A stretch of DNA of 64,000 nucleotides from Eutreptiella sp. 'Long Island Sound 2002'. Its lineage: Eukaryota > Protista > Euglenida. The translations under genes were made by a program, and so were the position numbers. Shown here in pieces: positions 24,803 to 36,679 of this stretch. Where the stretch lies: the NCBI GenBank assembly GCA_964036045.1, contig OZ038378.1:30318001-30382000 (forward strand). Reading direction: 5' to 3'. Below the pieces are notes generated by a model. That model saw only the letters and a program-made list of their open reading frames with translations, searched no databases and had not been told where the DNA came from. Within the stretch, counting starts at the first letter, position 1. The number at the start of each line of letters is the position of its first letter.

Positions 24803-25569
24803 ATCGGATGAAATGCACACTATGTAAACTGAACGAACAAAACTCAAGAACTCCGAGGAGAGGTGGACCCTGTCGATCCTCCTCTGCAAAGCGGGAAAGG
24901 GAAACCCGCTCACCGAATCATCGCGATGTTCCCCATGCAAATGCACCCACACATCGTCCACCGCCCAATCCGCCAACGCCAGCACCTCACGTTCCCTGGC
25001 TTTGACGGTTTCTCGGTAACTCCTTTGGAATGTCCGCTGAGTCCACACTTGGAACCATTATGCTGTTGTGGTCAATCAGCGTCAGCAATGGTTGCCCTGC
25101 CACATGCTGGGACTTCTCGTGCATGGTTTCCCATTGTTTCATGCGCGCCACCGGTTCACATTCCATGTGGCCCACCAAGACCCGCAAGGACGCCCCGTCA
25201 GCATGACGTTGTAAAGCCATCAAGAGCCGCGGAGAGATTGTTTCCGATAGGTCTAGAGACCAGGACTCTGTTTTCCATACCAGAGCCGAAGACCCTCGGG
25301 CTGTACCCGCCTGAGGCGGCACCAGCATGTCGCAACCTTGTCGTTGCAGCCACCGGCGCTGACCCCGCACCACTGCCGAATCTTTAAAGTGGGTGTCCTG
25401 TAGCCCCGCCAGATCTACGTTGTGGCGCCAAAGGCATCGGAGGATTTGATGTTTGCACTGCACGGAGGTGGCCTTCGCCGATGTCGATTGATGTTGTGAC
25501 TCCGCTCTTGGTCGCGCAAACCAACCTTTCACATTCATGGTTGCAAAAGCCATCCTTCTTGACGGCCAT
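24803..25569 (-). mobile_element. Duplicated copy of the LINE APE fragment
   Basis: Same translation as 16553-17319, truncated at the duplication boundary. Confidence 0.85.
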
Positions 25570-26579
25570 TTAGTCAGCAGCTCGAAGGCTAACTGGGGTG
25601 AGAAATCGAAAAAGATTTAGCGGTGGCAATGAGAGCTCACAGAGCGAGCAAAAAAAAGACAGAACCAGACTAGATTCACACCACAATCAACCCCCCCAAC
25701 TCACAACGAGACTAATATGCATCGGTCTCAGTCACCACATTGAGTTGGTAAACCATCTCACCTCTCAACAGAGCTCGTGCAAGCCCTTTTCTAACCTCAG
25801 TGGTGATTGCTTATGCCCCATGACACATTGAGTGTATGTCGGTTTTCTCCCTATCCTACGGAGGTGAGCTGACATCCGGGGAGGGCATAGGTGTGCAGAG
25901 GTTCCACATCTTGCCGCGTCCAGTTCCATGTTGACCGCCAAAAAAAAATAGAACTGGTGGATGATACACTACCGATTTGTGTCACCACAGATGCATGGGA
26001 AAATGCATGAAAAATGGAATCCACACATCATGAACACACAACACAAACACATGGCAAAAACATTACTTCAGGAGAGGTGTATGCCTTCCATGGACAGTGA
26101 CAGTGAAAAGGACTCTCTGCATCGCTTCTTGAACCTGGACCACTTGACCCTGATTCCTGAAGATGCTCACCATGCTGTGCTGGAACAGCAGCGCTCTTCC
26201 GCAACGGCTTGCACAGTCCTTGATTGCAAGATAGTTGACAAGCAACAGTGAACGTGTTCGCCTTTTGAGGAGGGAATCCTCCACTGGATAGGTGGGTTGG
26301 AGATTTCAAAAAAACTTGCGAAAGGTGGGCAGCCTGGTCAGGAAACTTTTGTACAGCGTGAGAGTGGGCAGTTGCAGCACGATGATGCACACAACCCCCT
26401 TTAACCACTGCACAGCCAGCTTTGATTTGGCAGGGGCTCCCAAGGTCCTGCCACATGGAGTGGAGATTGGGGGCAGGGGCGAAGGTGGCAATGTGGAGAT
26501 GGAGAAAGGGAGGGAGGGAGGGAGGGAGGGAGGGAGGGAGGGAGGGAGGGGGTAAAAGAGGGAGTTGCTGAGAGATGAG

Positions 26580-27757
26580 TCGGCAAAGTGGCTACCTCAC
26601 CCCTGCCGTATCGGGGATCCCCACCGCTTCAGAGCGGGGGGCAGAATCAGAAGTGGCCCACAAGTGGGCAAAGTGGCTACCTCACCCCTGCCGTATCGGG
26701 GATCCCCACCGCTTCAGAGCGGGGGGCAGAATCAGAAGTGGCCCACAAGTGGGCGAAATGGCTACCTCACCCCTGCCGTATCGGGGATCCCCACCGCTTC
26801 AGAGCGGGGGGCAGAATCAGAAGTGGCCCACAAGTGGGCAAAGTGGCTACCTCACCCCTGCCGTATCGGGGATCCCCACCGCTTCAGAGCGGGGGGCAGA
26901 ATCAGAAGTGGCCCACAAGTGGGCAAAGTGGCTACCTCACCCCTGCCGTATCGGGGATCCCCACCGCTTCAGAGCGGGGGGCAGAATCAGAAGTGGCCCA
27001 CAAGTGGGCGAAATGGCTACCTCACCCCTGCCGTATCGGGGATCCCCACCGCTTCAGAGCGGGGGGCAGAATCAGAAGTGGCCCACAAGTGGGCAAAGTG
27101 GCTACCTCACCCCTGCCGTATCGGGGATCCCCACCGCTTCAGAGCGGGGGGCAGAATCAGAAGTGGCCCACAAGTGGGCAAAGTGGCTACCTCACCCCTG
27201 CCGTATCGGGGATCCCCACCGCTTCAGAGCGGGGGGCAGAATCAGAAGTGGCCCACAAGTGGGCGAAATGGCTACCTCACCCCTGCCGTATCGGGGATCC
27301 CCACCGCTTCAGAGCGGGGGGCAGAATCAGAAGTGGCCCACAAGTGGGCAAAGTGGCTACCTCACCCCTGCCGTATCGGGGATCCCCACCGCTTCAGAGC
27401 GGGGGGCAGAATCAGAAGTGGCCCACAAGTGGGCAAAGTGGCTACCTCACCCCTGCCGTATCGGGGATCCCCACCGCTTCAGAGCGGGGGGCAGAATCAG
27501 AAGTGGCCCACAAGTGGGCAAAGTGGCTACCTCACCCCTGCCGTATCGGGGATCCCCACCGCTTCAGAGCGGGGGGCAGAATCAGAAGTGGCCCACAAGT
27601 GGGCAAAGTGGCTACCTCACCCCTGCCGTATCGGGGATCCCCACCGCTTCAGAGCGGGGGGCAGAATCAGAAGTGGCCCACAAGTGGGCAAAGTGGCTAC
27701 CTCACCCCTGCCGTATCGGGGATCCCCACCGCTTCAGAGCGGGGGGCAAAATCAGAA
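26580..27757 (+). repeat. Tandem satellite, 85-bp unit, about 13.9 copies, with a partial 255-bp higher-order period
   Basis: AAGTGGCTAC recurs at 26586, 26671 and onward every 85 bp. The variant GGGCGAAATG occurs at 26751, 27006 and 27261 only. Confidence 0.97.
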
Positions 27758-28019
27758 AAAAAGGCTTTTTTCTACTAATTTTTTTACTGAGTAAAAAAAA
27801 AATTTTTTTTTCCACTCAGTTTTTTACCGAGTAAAAAAAATTTTTTTTTTCTACTCAGTTTTTTACTGAGTAAAAAAAAAAATTTTTTTTTCTACTCAGT
27901 TTCGCAACTGAGTAGAAACCCCACTTACTGAGTAAAAAAAAATTTTTTTACTCAGTTTGAAACTGAGTAAAAAAAAAATTTTTAAGAAAAAAATTTTTTT
28001 TACTCAGTTTTACCACGGA
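27758..28019. repeat. AT-rich block of alternating ACTGAGT / ACTCAGT inverted motifs separated by A-tract/T-tract spacers
   Basis: Repeated ttactgagt-A(n)-T(n)-(ct)actcagt units read directly from the sequence. Confidence 0.9.
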
Positions 28020-30247
28020 CCCTTTAACCACTGCACAGCCAGCTTTGATTTGGCAGGGGCTCCCAAGGTCCTGCCACATGGAGTGGAGATTGGGGGCAGG
28101 GGCGAAGGTGGCAATGTGGAGATGGAGAAAGGGAGGGAGGGAGGGAGGGAGGGAGGGAGGGAGGGAGGGAGGGAGGGAGGGAGGGGGTAAAAGAGGGAGT
28201 TGCTGAGAGATGAGGTACAACAGCGTTTCAAGGACGAAACTTGCTACTGGCACTGGCGCAGAGGTTGGGAAAACCAACAGATCATGGAGTGACACCCAGG
28301 GCATCATCATTCAGGGAGGGCATGCGTGGGAGATTGAGGGGTACTTCGCCCTCTCCTTGTGCAATGCCCAGCAATGTTTCATGTGAATGCCGCGCCTAGG
28401 GCCCAGTGGGTGATTGTTCAATTCGTTGTTAGACAAGGCCAGGAAGTACATAGAAAACCCGAAAAAAGCGACGTTGTGGGGAAACTGTGCGAATTTTCTC
28501 CGGCGCATTGTGCTGCACCTCCACACTGCTCACCTGCATAAAACACAGAAACAGCTCTCCACGGTGAAAATTGCAACGAACAGGCTCAAACAGGCCAAGA
28601 AGAGTGACAACAACAAGGTCACCAGTGGACTGCCGACTGGTCTTGTACACAATAAGAGGGGAATCTTTTCACTGCGCACGCACTGTGCGCTACTTTTAGA
28701 CTATGTTCCCCCCTGAAGAGCCCCCAGGCATGCCCCTTTGAAACACCCTTAGAATTTAGGCGACGCAAACTTGGCTGGAGGGGACCTTGAGGGGGACCTT
28801 CCCGGTTCTTGTGGCAGTGGTGAAGGACTACGGGCCTTTGGGGGGGAACTTGACTGTGTGGGCGGCGGAGTTGGGGGGCAGTGAGGTGGCAAATCTGAAC
28901 TTGGGATGGCAAAGGAGATGGACTCCTTCTTGCATTGCCGATTCACCACTCTCAACCATCTTGGTAGTATTGGAGGAGTCCATCTTCAGCCGTCCCAACC
29001 ACCGTGGCAGGAGGAGGCCATTGGAACGGGTGTAGAACACCCTATCCCCAATACTGAGATCCATGGAGAAAGTGGGCCTGAGAAATGAGGAGGGAAGTAT
29101 GATGTCCTGTAGCAGGCACCCTGAAAGTGTATCACCATATCAATCAACCGAGAAAATGAGTAGATGTGGTGGAAATGAATAAAAAATGTGTGCAAAAAGG
29201 TAGAAATAGGTGAAACAGGGTGAACATCCAAAAATACCATTTCCCCAATGCATCAAAACCTACTACCAAAAAACAATGATGCCCAAAGTTCCACAAAGTA
29301 TGGGTTTCTACTACGGCTAGACGCCAAAATAGTTGCACTGCGCATAAGGCGCCCCCAGAGGTATGTGCTGCAGATATCATTGCATATGCACCACCTCTTC
29401 AGCGAATGCCCTCCAATTTCTTTTTTAGGTGGGGGATTCCGGACATGGCAAGCTGGCGAAGCCCGCTCACCAGAAGGCACTCGAGAAATCTCTCGGAATC
29501 AAGGATCAGAGCTGTCCGATGCTACGATTGTCCCACAAAGCGATGTGGTAGCGGACATGACACACAGTGAGGACAAGCTGATTCTGGTACCAGGAATTGC
29601 AGTGGGAACTGCCACGCCACTAGGCATCCCAGTGTGCTTCTGGAGCACCAGAAAGATTGAAGGCTGAGTTAAAACAGCGGTGTGCCATGCACAGAGAACC
29701 GAGCAGAGAACAGCAAAACCGAGGACATACCCTGCACCACACATTGCATTCCATAGGCCCCAAAAGAGCATCCAAATCACAATCTGCATGTCACAATTGT
29801 GGTCTCATATGTCACTTTGATCACAAATGTGCCATTACATGGCAAAAGAATGTAGCATGGCAAAAAGCACTGCGCTACCGGGAGGTTGGTTTTTCGGCAA
29901 GGCGGTGGTTGTGCAGGTGGAGGGGGAGCGGGATGTTGTTCTGAGGGATATCTTAGCCTGCTGTGGGCCCTGTCGCTTCAACATATCGAATGTATTGAAA
30001 GAACTTTGTCCCAAGCTCAATGTCGTACTGCTGGTGCCTTAAAGGGTGAGGCCCAGATGGTCGCGTGCAGTGATCGCTTCGCGGAGGATCTCCAATGCCA
30101 TGTGGGGTGGTTGACTCTGGTGGTGGGAGGGCTGCAGGGTATGTGTGTAGCGCGAGGAAGCGAAAAGCGTCTGCTCCAGGCGGGCCTGCCTTCACACAGC
30201 CTGCACTGCATTCTCAGTTCTCAATTCATGGTGTCCCAGTCACTGGC

Positions 30248-30490
30248 CAGGAATTGCAGTGGGAACTGCCATGCCAGTAGGCATCCCAGTGTGCTACTGG
30301 AGCACCAGAAAGATTGAAGGCTGAGTTAAAACAGCGGTGTGCCATGCACAGAGAAAGCAAAACCGAGGACATACCCTGCACCACACATTGCATTCCATAG
30401 GCCCCAAAAGAGCATCCAAGTCACAATCTGCAATTGTCAATTCATATTTGTGGTCTCATATGTCACTTTGATCACAAATGTGCCCTTATA
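30248..30490 (+). repeat. Third, more diverged copy of the 19706-19950 segment at the right duplication junction
   Basis: caggaattgcagtgggaactgcc...cacaaatgtgcc is present at 19706, 29590 and 30248. Confidence 0.85.
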
Positions 30491-31499
30491 TGGCAAAAAG
30501 CACTGTTGGCACCAGCACTCTGCGACGCGCTCCAGGGGCCCTCTGGTACGGTAGCAGTGGCCCTCCCCCTGCTGGCGGCAGGGTTTGCAGAGGTTGCGAA
30601 AACAACCCCTCGTGTTATAATTCGACTGGTAACAACAAACCAAAGCATGGGCACGGTCTGCCGAACAACAGATGGCGTGGGACCGCTCATATTCAATGGT
30701 GACGCGGAGGGTAGGTTCAATGCTTCGACTAGATGCATGGGGGTGGTGGCAGACTTTCAGTGCCCGCCCCCCCCCCCCCCTGAATAGTACCTTCCTGCGC
30801 TTGACAGCATCCTCACACCCCCAGGGGAACATACCCAAAGTGACGCCCCCCCCCTCAGGGGGAACACAAGGGATGCGTGACACAAAGCACCTGGAAACTG
30901 AATGAAGAGCTGCACATGTTTAACAGGGGCCACTGGAATGGGCTCTCCATCTGCATGGCGTGACTGCAGGCTTGGCTGCCACCTGGCCAGCAGGTTTAGC
31001 TGCACTCTTGGTGGAGGGTTTGGCACAAGGTTTGGCAGCTTTGGGAGCAGGTTTGGCAGGGGGAACCCCTATGGCAAGCACTTTGCCTCAGGAACATCAC
31101 ACGTGAAATACAATTTCCCATTGGTGGAAACACTTGCCAGTCCCCATACACCCCACGCACTCTTTGCCACACACTCAGTGTCTGATGCACTGTCACTCTC
31201 TTCTTCAACACCACTTGGCAAACCACTATCAACAGATGTCAACGATGACACATCAGAATCTGTGTCATCCTGTGAGGCAGGGAGTCAGCACCACGCCCTG
31301 AGGGGCCAGAATCTTGGCAAGCACAACACTGCCTCCTGAATGTTGGAAATCGACAACGGCACCAGGCAAGTACATGTCAATATGATTGACATCAATGGCT
31401 GAAATTGCGAAAAACTAAGCTCTGCGTGATACAGGGTAGAGTGTAGTGCCTTGGATGCAAGAAACCTAAATTACACAGCAAGGCACCAATAATACCACC

Positions 31500-32560
31500 T
31501 TATCTCACAGGGTGAGCGAGCTCCTCGTGGTGGAGGTGTGGTCGGGTGTGGGAGGGGGGTGGGGAGTAGGGCAAGGTCTGGGGCGCCAGGACGTTGTGTT
31601 GGGTCTTCCCCTCGGGGGGCGGGAGGGTGTTAGACCTCGCTGGTGTCGTGCCTCCCCTATGCTGGCGAATATGTCCCCTGGGCTCGTCGGGTGGGGGTGG
31701 GCGGGCTGTCCGTCCCATGTGGCCGGGAACCTGGCGGTGTTCGTGGGGTGTATCCTCGCTGGGCGTTGCGGTGTGGGGTGTGGGTGTGGGTCTGCTGGAC
31801 AAAGAGGGTGCTTTTGGTGTCCTCCGCTGCCTGTGCGCTTATAGGGGTGGGGTAGGTCCAGATCCCCTATGTGTGTATGCCGTGTGGCTCTTGTGCCACT
31901 GCCCTCTGGGGTTGGAGAGTGTGGTGGGTGCGGGTGGCCTTGTGTTCTTGGAGGAGGTCCCCGTGGCTGTCCTCCCATCTTTGCTGCCAGGTTTCCATCT
32001 GGTCGTTGGCGTGGTAGGCCATGACCACCACTTTCCACGGTGTGGGGGACGACCGCCACATGGTGGTGTGGCGGGCAGGGGCGTATGTGGATGGCGCAGG
32101 CGGGTGTTGCTGATATGGGGTTGCCGTGTGAGGGGGTGAGGATGGCGTCTCCACTGTCTGGTGGGCATACCAGGACCAAGGTACCCTCATACCCCAACCG
32201 GAAGCCCCCCCCCCCCCCCTGACCCCAATACCACCGCCCTAGCCTAGGCAGCAAAGGGGGCAGCCACACAAGTAGGGGCACCAGAGGGGTGGAAACCCAA
32301 GTACCTAGTGGAGACAAAAGTCCGCCAACATGCACAGTGGTGCCGGTCGGTGGGGAGTGCCCATGTGTCCTCGGGCGTCGAGATCCAATGTAGGCGTATG
32401 GTGTGCAGACCCGGGGTGATCTTGTCCCACCGCAGGGTGCCGTTGTGGACCTTCCATTCCCTTGGCAAGTCTCGTTGACTGTTCCTGGCAGGGGTGGTCC
32501 TGTGTTGTGGAGGGAGCTGCATGTCAGTGACCAGCAACCACACAGGAAAAGCTCAATATC
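31500..32560 (-). mobile_element. Decayed non-LTR remnant (end of RT and thumb)
   Basis: LRWDKITPGLHTIRLHW...VSTRYLGFHP (~32300; KYLG-type domain 7), followed by WKVVVMAYHANDQMETWQQRW. Confidence 0.45.
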
Positions 32561-32947
32561 CAACCTTCCACGGTCTGTGAGATTCATACGTGGTTACCCT
32601 TTTTGCTTGTGGGATGCAGAGGATTGGGGACACACACTGCTGAAAATCTGAGTGGTGGGTGGCGGCTGTGGTGTGGTTGCACTTGCCCCCCAACGCTTTG
32701 GCATATAGCCCATTTCTTCCACCTCAGCACAAACGAAGCAACATTCTTGAACTCAATGTTTTGTGCATGTGAACCTGTGAGGTTGTATGTGAGGGTCCGT
32801 ATGCTCCCAATGTATAAACACCCGTGATTTGCACAACGAACAAGTGTGACTCCAAAAGTGCATGGGGTCACACTATCCCCCCCACCCCTTGAATAGTAGC
32901 CGCCCTTGAATAGTGACCAGGGGAGCGAGGGAACCGTCACTTTCCGT

Positions 32948-32972
32948 TTATTATTATTATTATTATTATTAT
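32948..32972 (-). repeat. (TAA)n microsatellite, possible retroposon 3' tail
   Basis: About 8 ATT units read directly. Confidence 0.8.
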
Positions 32973-33883
32973 CATTGAACACATGTACTGACATGCCATG
33001 GGCATTTGCCAGGTCAGGCCGGTGCACACACAGCAACTGACACAGCACAATGTGGCAGGATGGGGTAAAGGCTGGGAGCAGGGGGTACAGTCGTTATGCA
33101 AGCAAAGCCATTCTGCCCACACTCGGGTGCCAAGCGGTTTGGGTTTTGTTGGCCTGGCACATCTGATGGCCATACAGAGCAGAGCGCCCTCATCGGAAGG
33201 GAAGGGAAGACTCATGTGGCGATGTATGTTTGAGCTGGGCCACGTGGTCTCGGTGTAATGCATGATACATGTCGGGGTGGGGGCCTTCATTCCTACGCCA
33301 CCTTCTAGCTGTTCTCTGAAGCTGCAGAGTGCAGAAGAAGGCGGTGGGAGGAAGTAGGGCGAAGGTCGGGGGGGAGGGGGGCTGCGGCCGAAGTTTTGCC
33401 AGTGAAAGCCACCAGAAGCGGAGTAGGTTGTGGTGCAGTATAAATACAGTGAGTATGTGGGACTGCTGTTGCTTCATCTCATGTAACATGCGATAAGAAA
33501 TGAACAATCAGATGTGCTATAGGCATGAGATGTACATAAGGCACAGGTGACTGCCTGTGTCTCTTCCTGCTACCAATGTTGTTCATAGCAATCTCTGACA
33601 TTCGAACTGTTGCAGTGGAATCATGATTGCGTCCAACATTTGCGGTTGTCGATCTGTCAGCTATTGCTGTGCTTGCATTCCGGTGTTGGGGTGTGGGCGC
33701 ACGTGGCCTGCCTGCCCCATTGGCGCAGGTGTTTCCTTGCCGACGCTCTGAGCGGTCCCTGAACTTGCAACGCCTGCGTCCCCTTGCACTTGGGGCGACG
33801 GTCTGCTATCTGTGGCATGCCCTCTGTGGCCCGGTCTCTGAATCCGGCAGTCTGTGGCCGGGTCTCTGTGACTTGCCTCGATG

Positions 33884-34471
33884 CTAATGTCGGGTGGCTC
33901 GTAGCCCTTTGCTCAGCGGAGCGCACTGTGAAGAGAGGAGCTGCAGGAGGGCGGGGGGGACGGGCTTCTGCAGCGTTGCATGTCTGGGAGGGGAGGGGCT
34001 TGGGGCCACCATCCCAGGCCCTTCCCTTGTGACTGTGGGTCTCAAAACCCCCGTGAGCACCATCCGCACAATGCTCACCAGGCGGTTGATGTGCAACACC
34101 ATCATGAGGCGCGAGGCAATGGTGCACTGGACAGAGACTGATGCGGACAGCTGCACCTGCCGGGACTCACACCTGAGCCGGGGGCTGTACCTGGCGGCCA
34201 GGACCTCCTGCCATTTGACGCAGTGCTGCCCCTCACACGGACCATCGCCGTTGTAGACGTAGAACCCCGTGTTCGTGAAGGCAAACCCGTTGCGCGCGCC
34301 CCCCAACCACGTGTCATCGTACAGGCAAACTATGGTGTCCTCCAGAGGGACGCACGCGGACCGCCGGATGGCCCGCAGCTTCCGTTTGGGGATCTTGGGA
34401 TGGACCCAAAGGCCATTGGTGCGATGAAAGGGCCGCATTGTGTCCGTGATCGCCTTCTCCAGGCGAGCGAC
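33884..34471 (-). CDS. Probable host-gene exon encoding an unassigned domain of the type IPxxKL...LYDDTxxGxAxxGFxxT; 3' end of the exon uncertain
   Basis: Stop-free, protein-like HPKIPKRKLRAIRRSACVPLEDTIVCLYDDTWLGGARNGFAFTNTGFYVY. It is preceded in phase 0 by an acceptor-like cacagctttCAG at 34472-34483. The upstream part of ORF 33884..34996 looks less protein-like. Confidence 0.55.
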   Translation of the reverse strand, partial: VARLEKAITDTMRPFHRTNGLWVHPKIPKRKLRAIRRSACVPLEDTIVCLYDDTWLGGARNGFAFTNTGFYVYNGDGPCEGQHCVKWQEVLAARYSPRLRCESRQVQLSASVSVQCTIASRLMMVLHINRLVSIVRMVLTGVLRPTVTREGPGMVAPSPSPPRHATLQKPVPPALLQLLSSQCAPLSKGLRATRH

Positions 34472-36534
34472 CTGAAAGCTGTGGAGCACGCAGCTGTTGA
34501 ACCAGAGAGTGGGCGAAGGCTGCATGTCCGGCTGGTTGGCGTCTGACTCCCATATGTCGCCCAGTGCGACTTCCAAAGGGGAGCAACACGGCTCACTGGA
34601 AGGGGGGAGGTCGGACTGGCACACCGATTTCTGTGTACTGCAATGGACGGAGCTGGAGGGGGCACGCAGCAAGCGCAGTGGCATGGTGACCAGACAGCCT
34701 GTAGTAGACACATGTGAAACACTCAGTGGAGGTTCTGCATGCAGGGTGCACAGGCTTTGGCATAGGTATGTGTGGACAATCCCCGAGGGGACGGCCTCTC
34801 TGCCCTGCAGCTCAACCGGTAAGCTTGTGGCCTCTGTTTTGGTCAGTAAATGCAGAAAAGCATGGTGTGGAGCCCAATGAGAGAGCGGAGACAGCGGGAG
34901 TGGGGTTTCCTCTAGCATATTGGCCATCTGTGTGGAATGCATAGATCCTACAGCCGCCATAACTTGCACCACAGCCATGAAAGCATAATTCTGCAAAGAG
35001 AGAAAATTCTGCTAAAAAGCACTGTTTCAGAAGGGGGCAGTCTTTACGCACAGTTGTGGTCAGTGGCCAAACCTGGATGTCCCTGCTAGGACACTTCAAG
35101 CTGATGTTCATCAAGTTCAGAGGTATCAGACATTGTGAACTCATCTTCACAGCCTTCATGATGTGGGGGGCGGATGAAGCGCCACATACTTAGCTACTGT
35201 GTACCACGGTGTCACGGGCATGGCGGGGGGAGGGGGTTTAAGTCATTTTCTTGGTGTGTATGGCCTCACCAAGGGCTTATACCAACTAAAATGAAGGGTA
35301 TGACATGACTGCTTACGGACTTAGGGGCGTCAATGTGTACAGCCAAGCTCAATAGATGCCATGTGCGTGTTCGAGGGTCCATTTCTTGTTTCGCCGGATG
35401 GTTCACCGGACGGTTTTTTCGAAAACGGTGGGTCCAAAATTGTTCAAAAAATGAGATGGAGGCGTTTCAGAAAAAGGTGTTGTTCAGTGATGTTCAGAAT
35501 TATGATGTAGTGCTTGTTATGAGGAAATAATCAAATACCTTACATGTTAGACTTTGGCTGGATCCGGCTAAAGGTTGCATCGTGATAAAATGGAAGTGCG
35601 ATGTTCCTGGGTTCAATACAAGTAGAAGATTGTGGAGAAGTTGGGTGGTAAATGGTTTGAAGATTGTTCATTTGCCTACATAATGAGGTACATGGCGGAA
35701 AGGGATGGTTTCAATCATCTTCACTGAACCTAGAGTAAAACAGATATGAAAAACACCAACCAGATGTTTCGCCGGATCACGTGTAACGAAAACGGACCAC
35801 GCGTAATGAACATACAAAATTTGAGGACCATTTTTACTCCAAAAATTAATTGTCCTACCTGTTGCGAAGAGCGAGGTCCTCAAACCATAGCAACGACACA
35901 TGAAACGATTGTCCGACAATCCGGGTGTGTGATAGGGATGGCAAGAGGGTATACATGCCAATAGAAGGATGAAACTCCAGGTTGAGGTCATGCACTTCAT
36001 TTACTAGGTAAGCATATTTCGGTAGAAGCATTCGGCAAGCACATTCGGGTTCACAAACATCTTTCGCCATATCCAGCTATACTCAATTTCAAAGAAAATT
36101 TGGGAAATGGTTGGAAATAGAATTCCAAAAAAATCACAAAACAGGTTTTTATGTGGATCCGGCGCAAGTAGGCTAAAACTCCGGTGAAAGAAGAGGTCTA
36201 TTGCTGGCCGAGGTACCCCTAGGTGCATTTGCACATTGACATCCCCAAGACTGACCCCAACAAGACCAAAATTGACTAATTTTGTGTCACACCACCACAA
36301 CAGCTCATTGCTCCCATACACTGCCTTTCCTACCACAATGGTGAAGGAGGAGACACAAAACTGCCCCATTTGATATTCTACATTGCTGACACTGGCCATT
36401 TACAATGGAAAATGGCCATTTTTACGGCTTTAGGGTCCCGAAATAGTGATTCATACCCTAGTATTAGTCTTTCCTACCACTCAGTAGACCCCAACATCCT
36501 TGGGAAACTTTTTTTTGTTGAACTCCCCAACCTA

Positions 36535-36538
<4 letters not shown>

Positions 36539-36580
<42 letters not shown>
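36539..36580 (+). repeat. (GT)21 microsatellite
   Basis: Read directly. Confidence 0.95.
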
Positions 36581-36582
<2 letters not shown>

Positions 36583-36679
36583 CAATTGCCAAGTGCCCCA
36601 CCACGGGGGTGGTTTTTCACGCAATTAGTTCATGCCTTCTGCAGTCCTCTGGGAATTGTCCTGGCACCTTTTCATGTCA

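Larger units (their letters stand above)
26397..28214 (+). repeat. ~183-195-bp direct repeats (26397-26579 and 28020-28214) flanking the satellite insertion
   Basis: ccctttaaccactgcac...gctgagagatgag occurs on both sides of the insertion but once in copy A. The (GGGA)n tract length differs between copies. Confidence 0.9.
24787..30249 (+). repeat. Local segmental duplication, copy B, interrupted by a 1440-bp insertion
   Basis: 24787-26579 matches 16537-~18329. 28020-30249 matches ~18147-20352. Confidence 0.95.

Noticed and set aside
26565-27834. Three ~400-aa ORFs, or a CRISPR-like array
   Set aside because: The ORFs are artefacts of a stop-free 85-bp tandem unit. There are no unique spacers and no cas genes.
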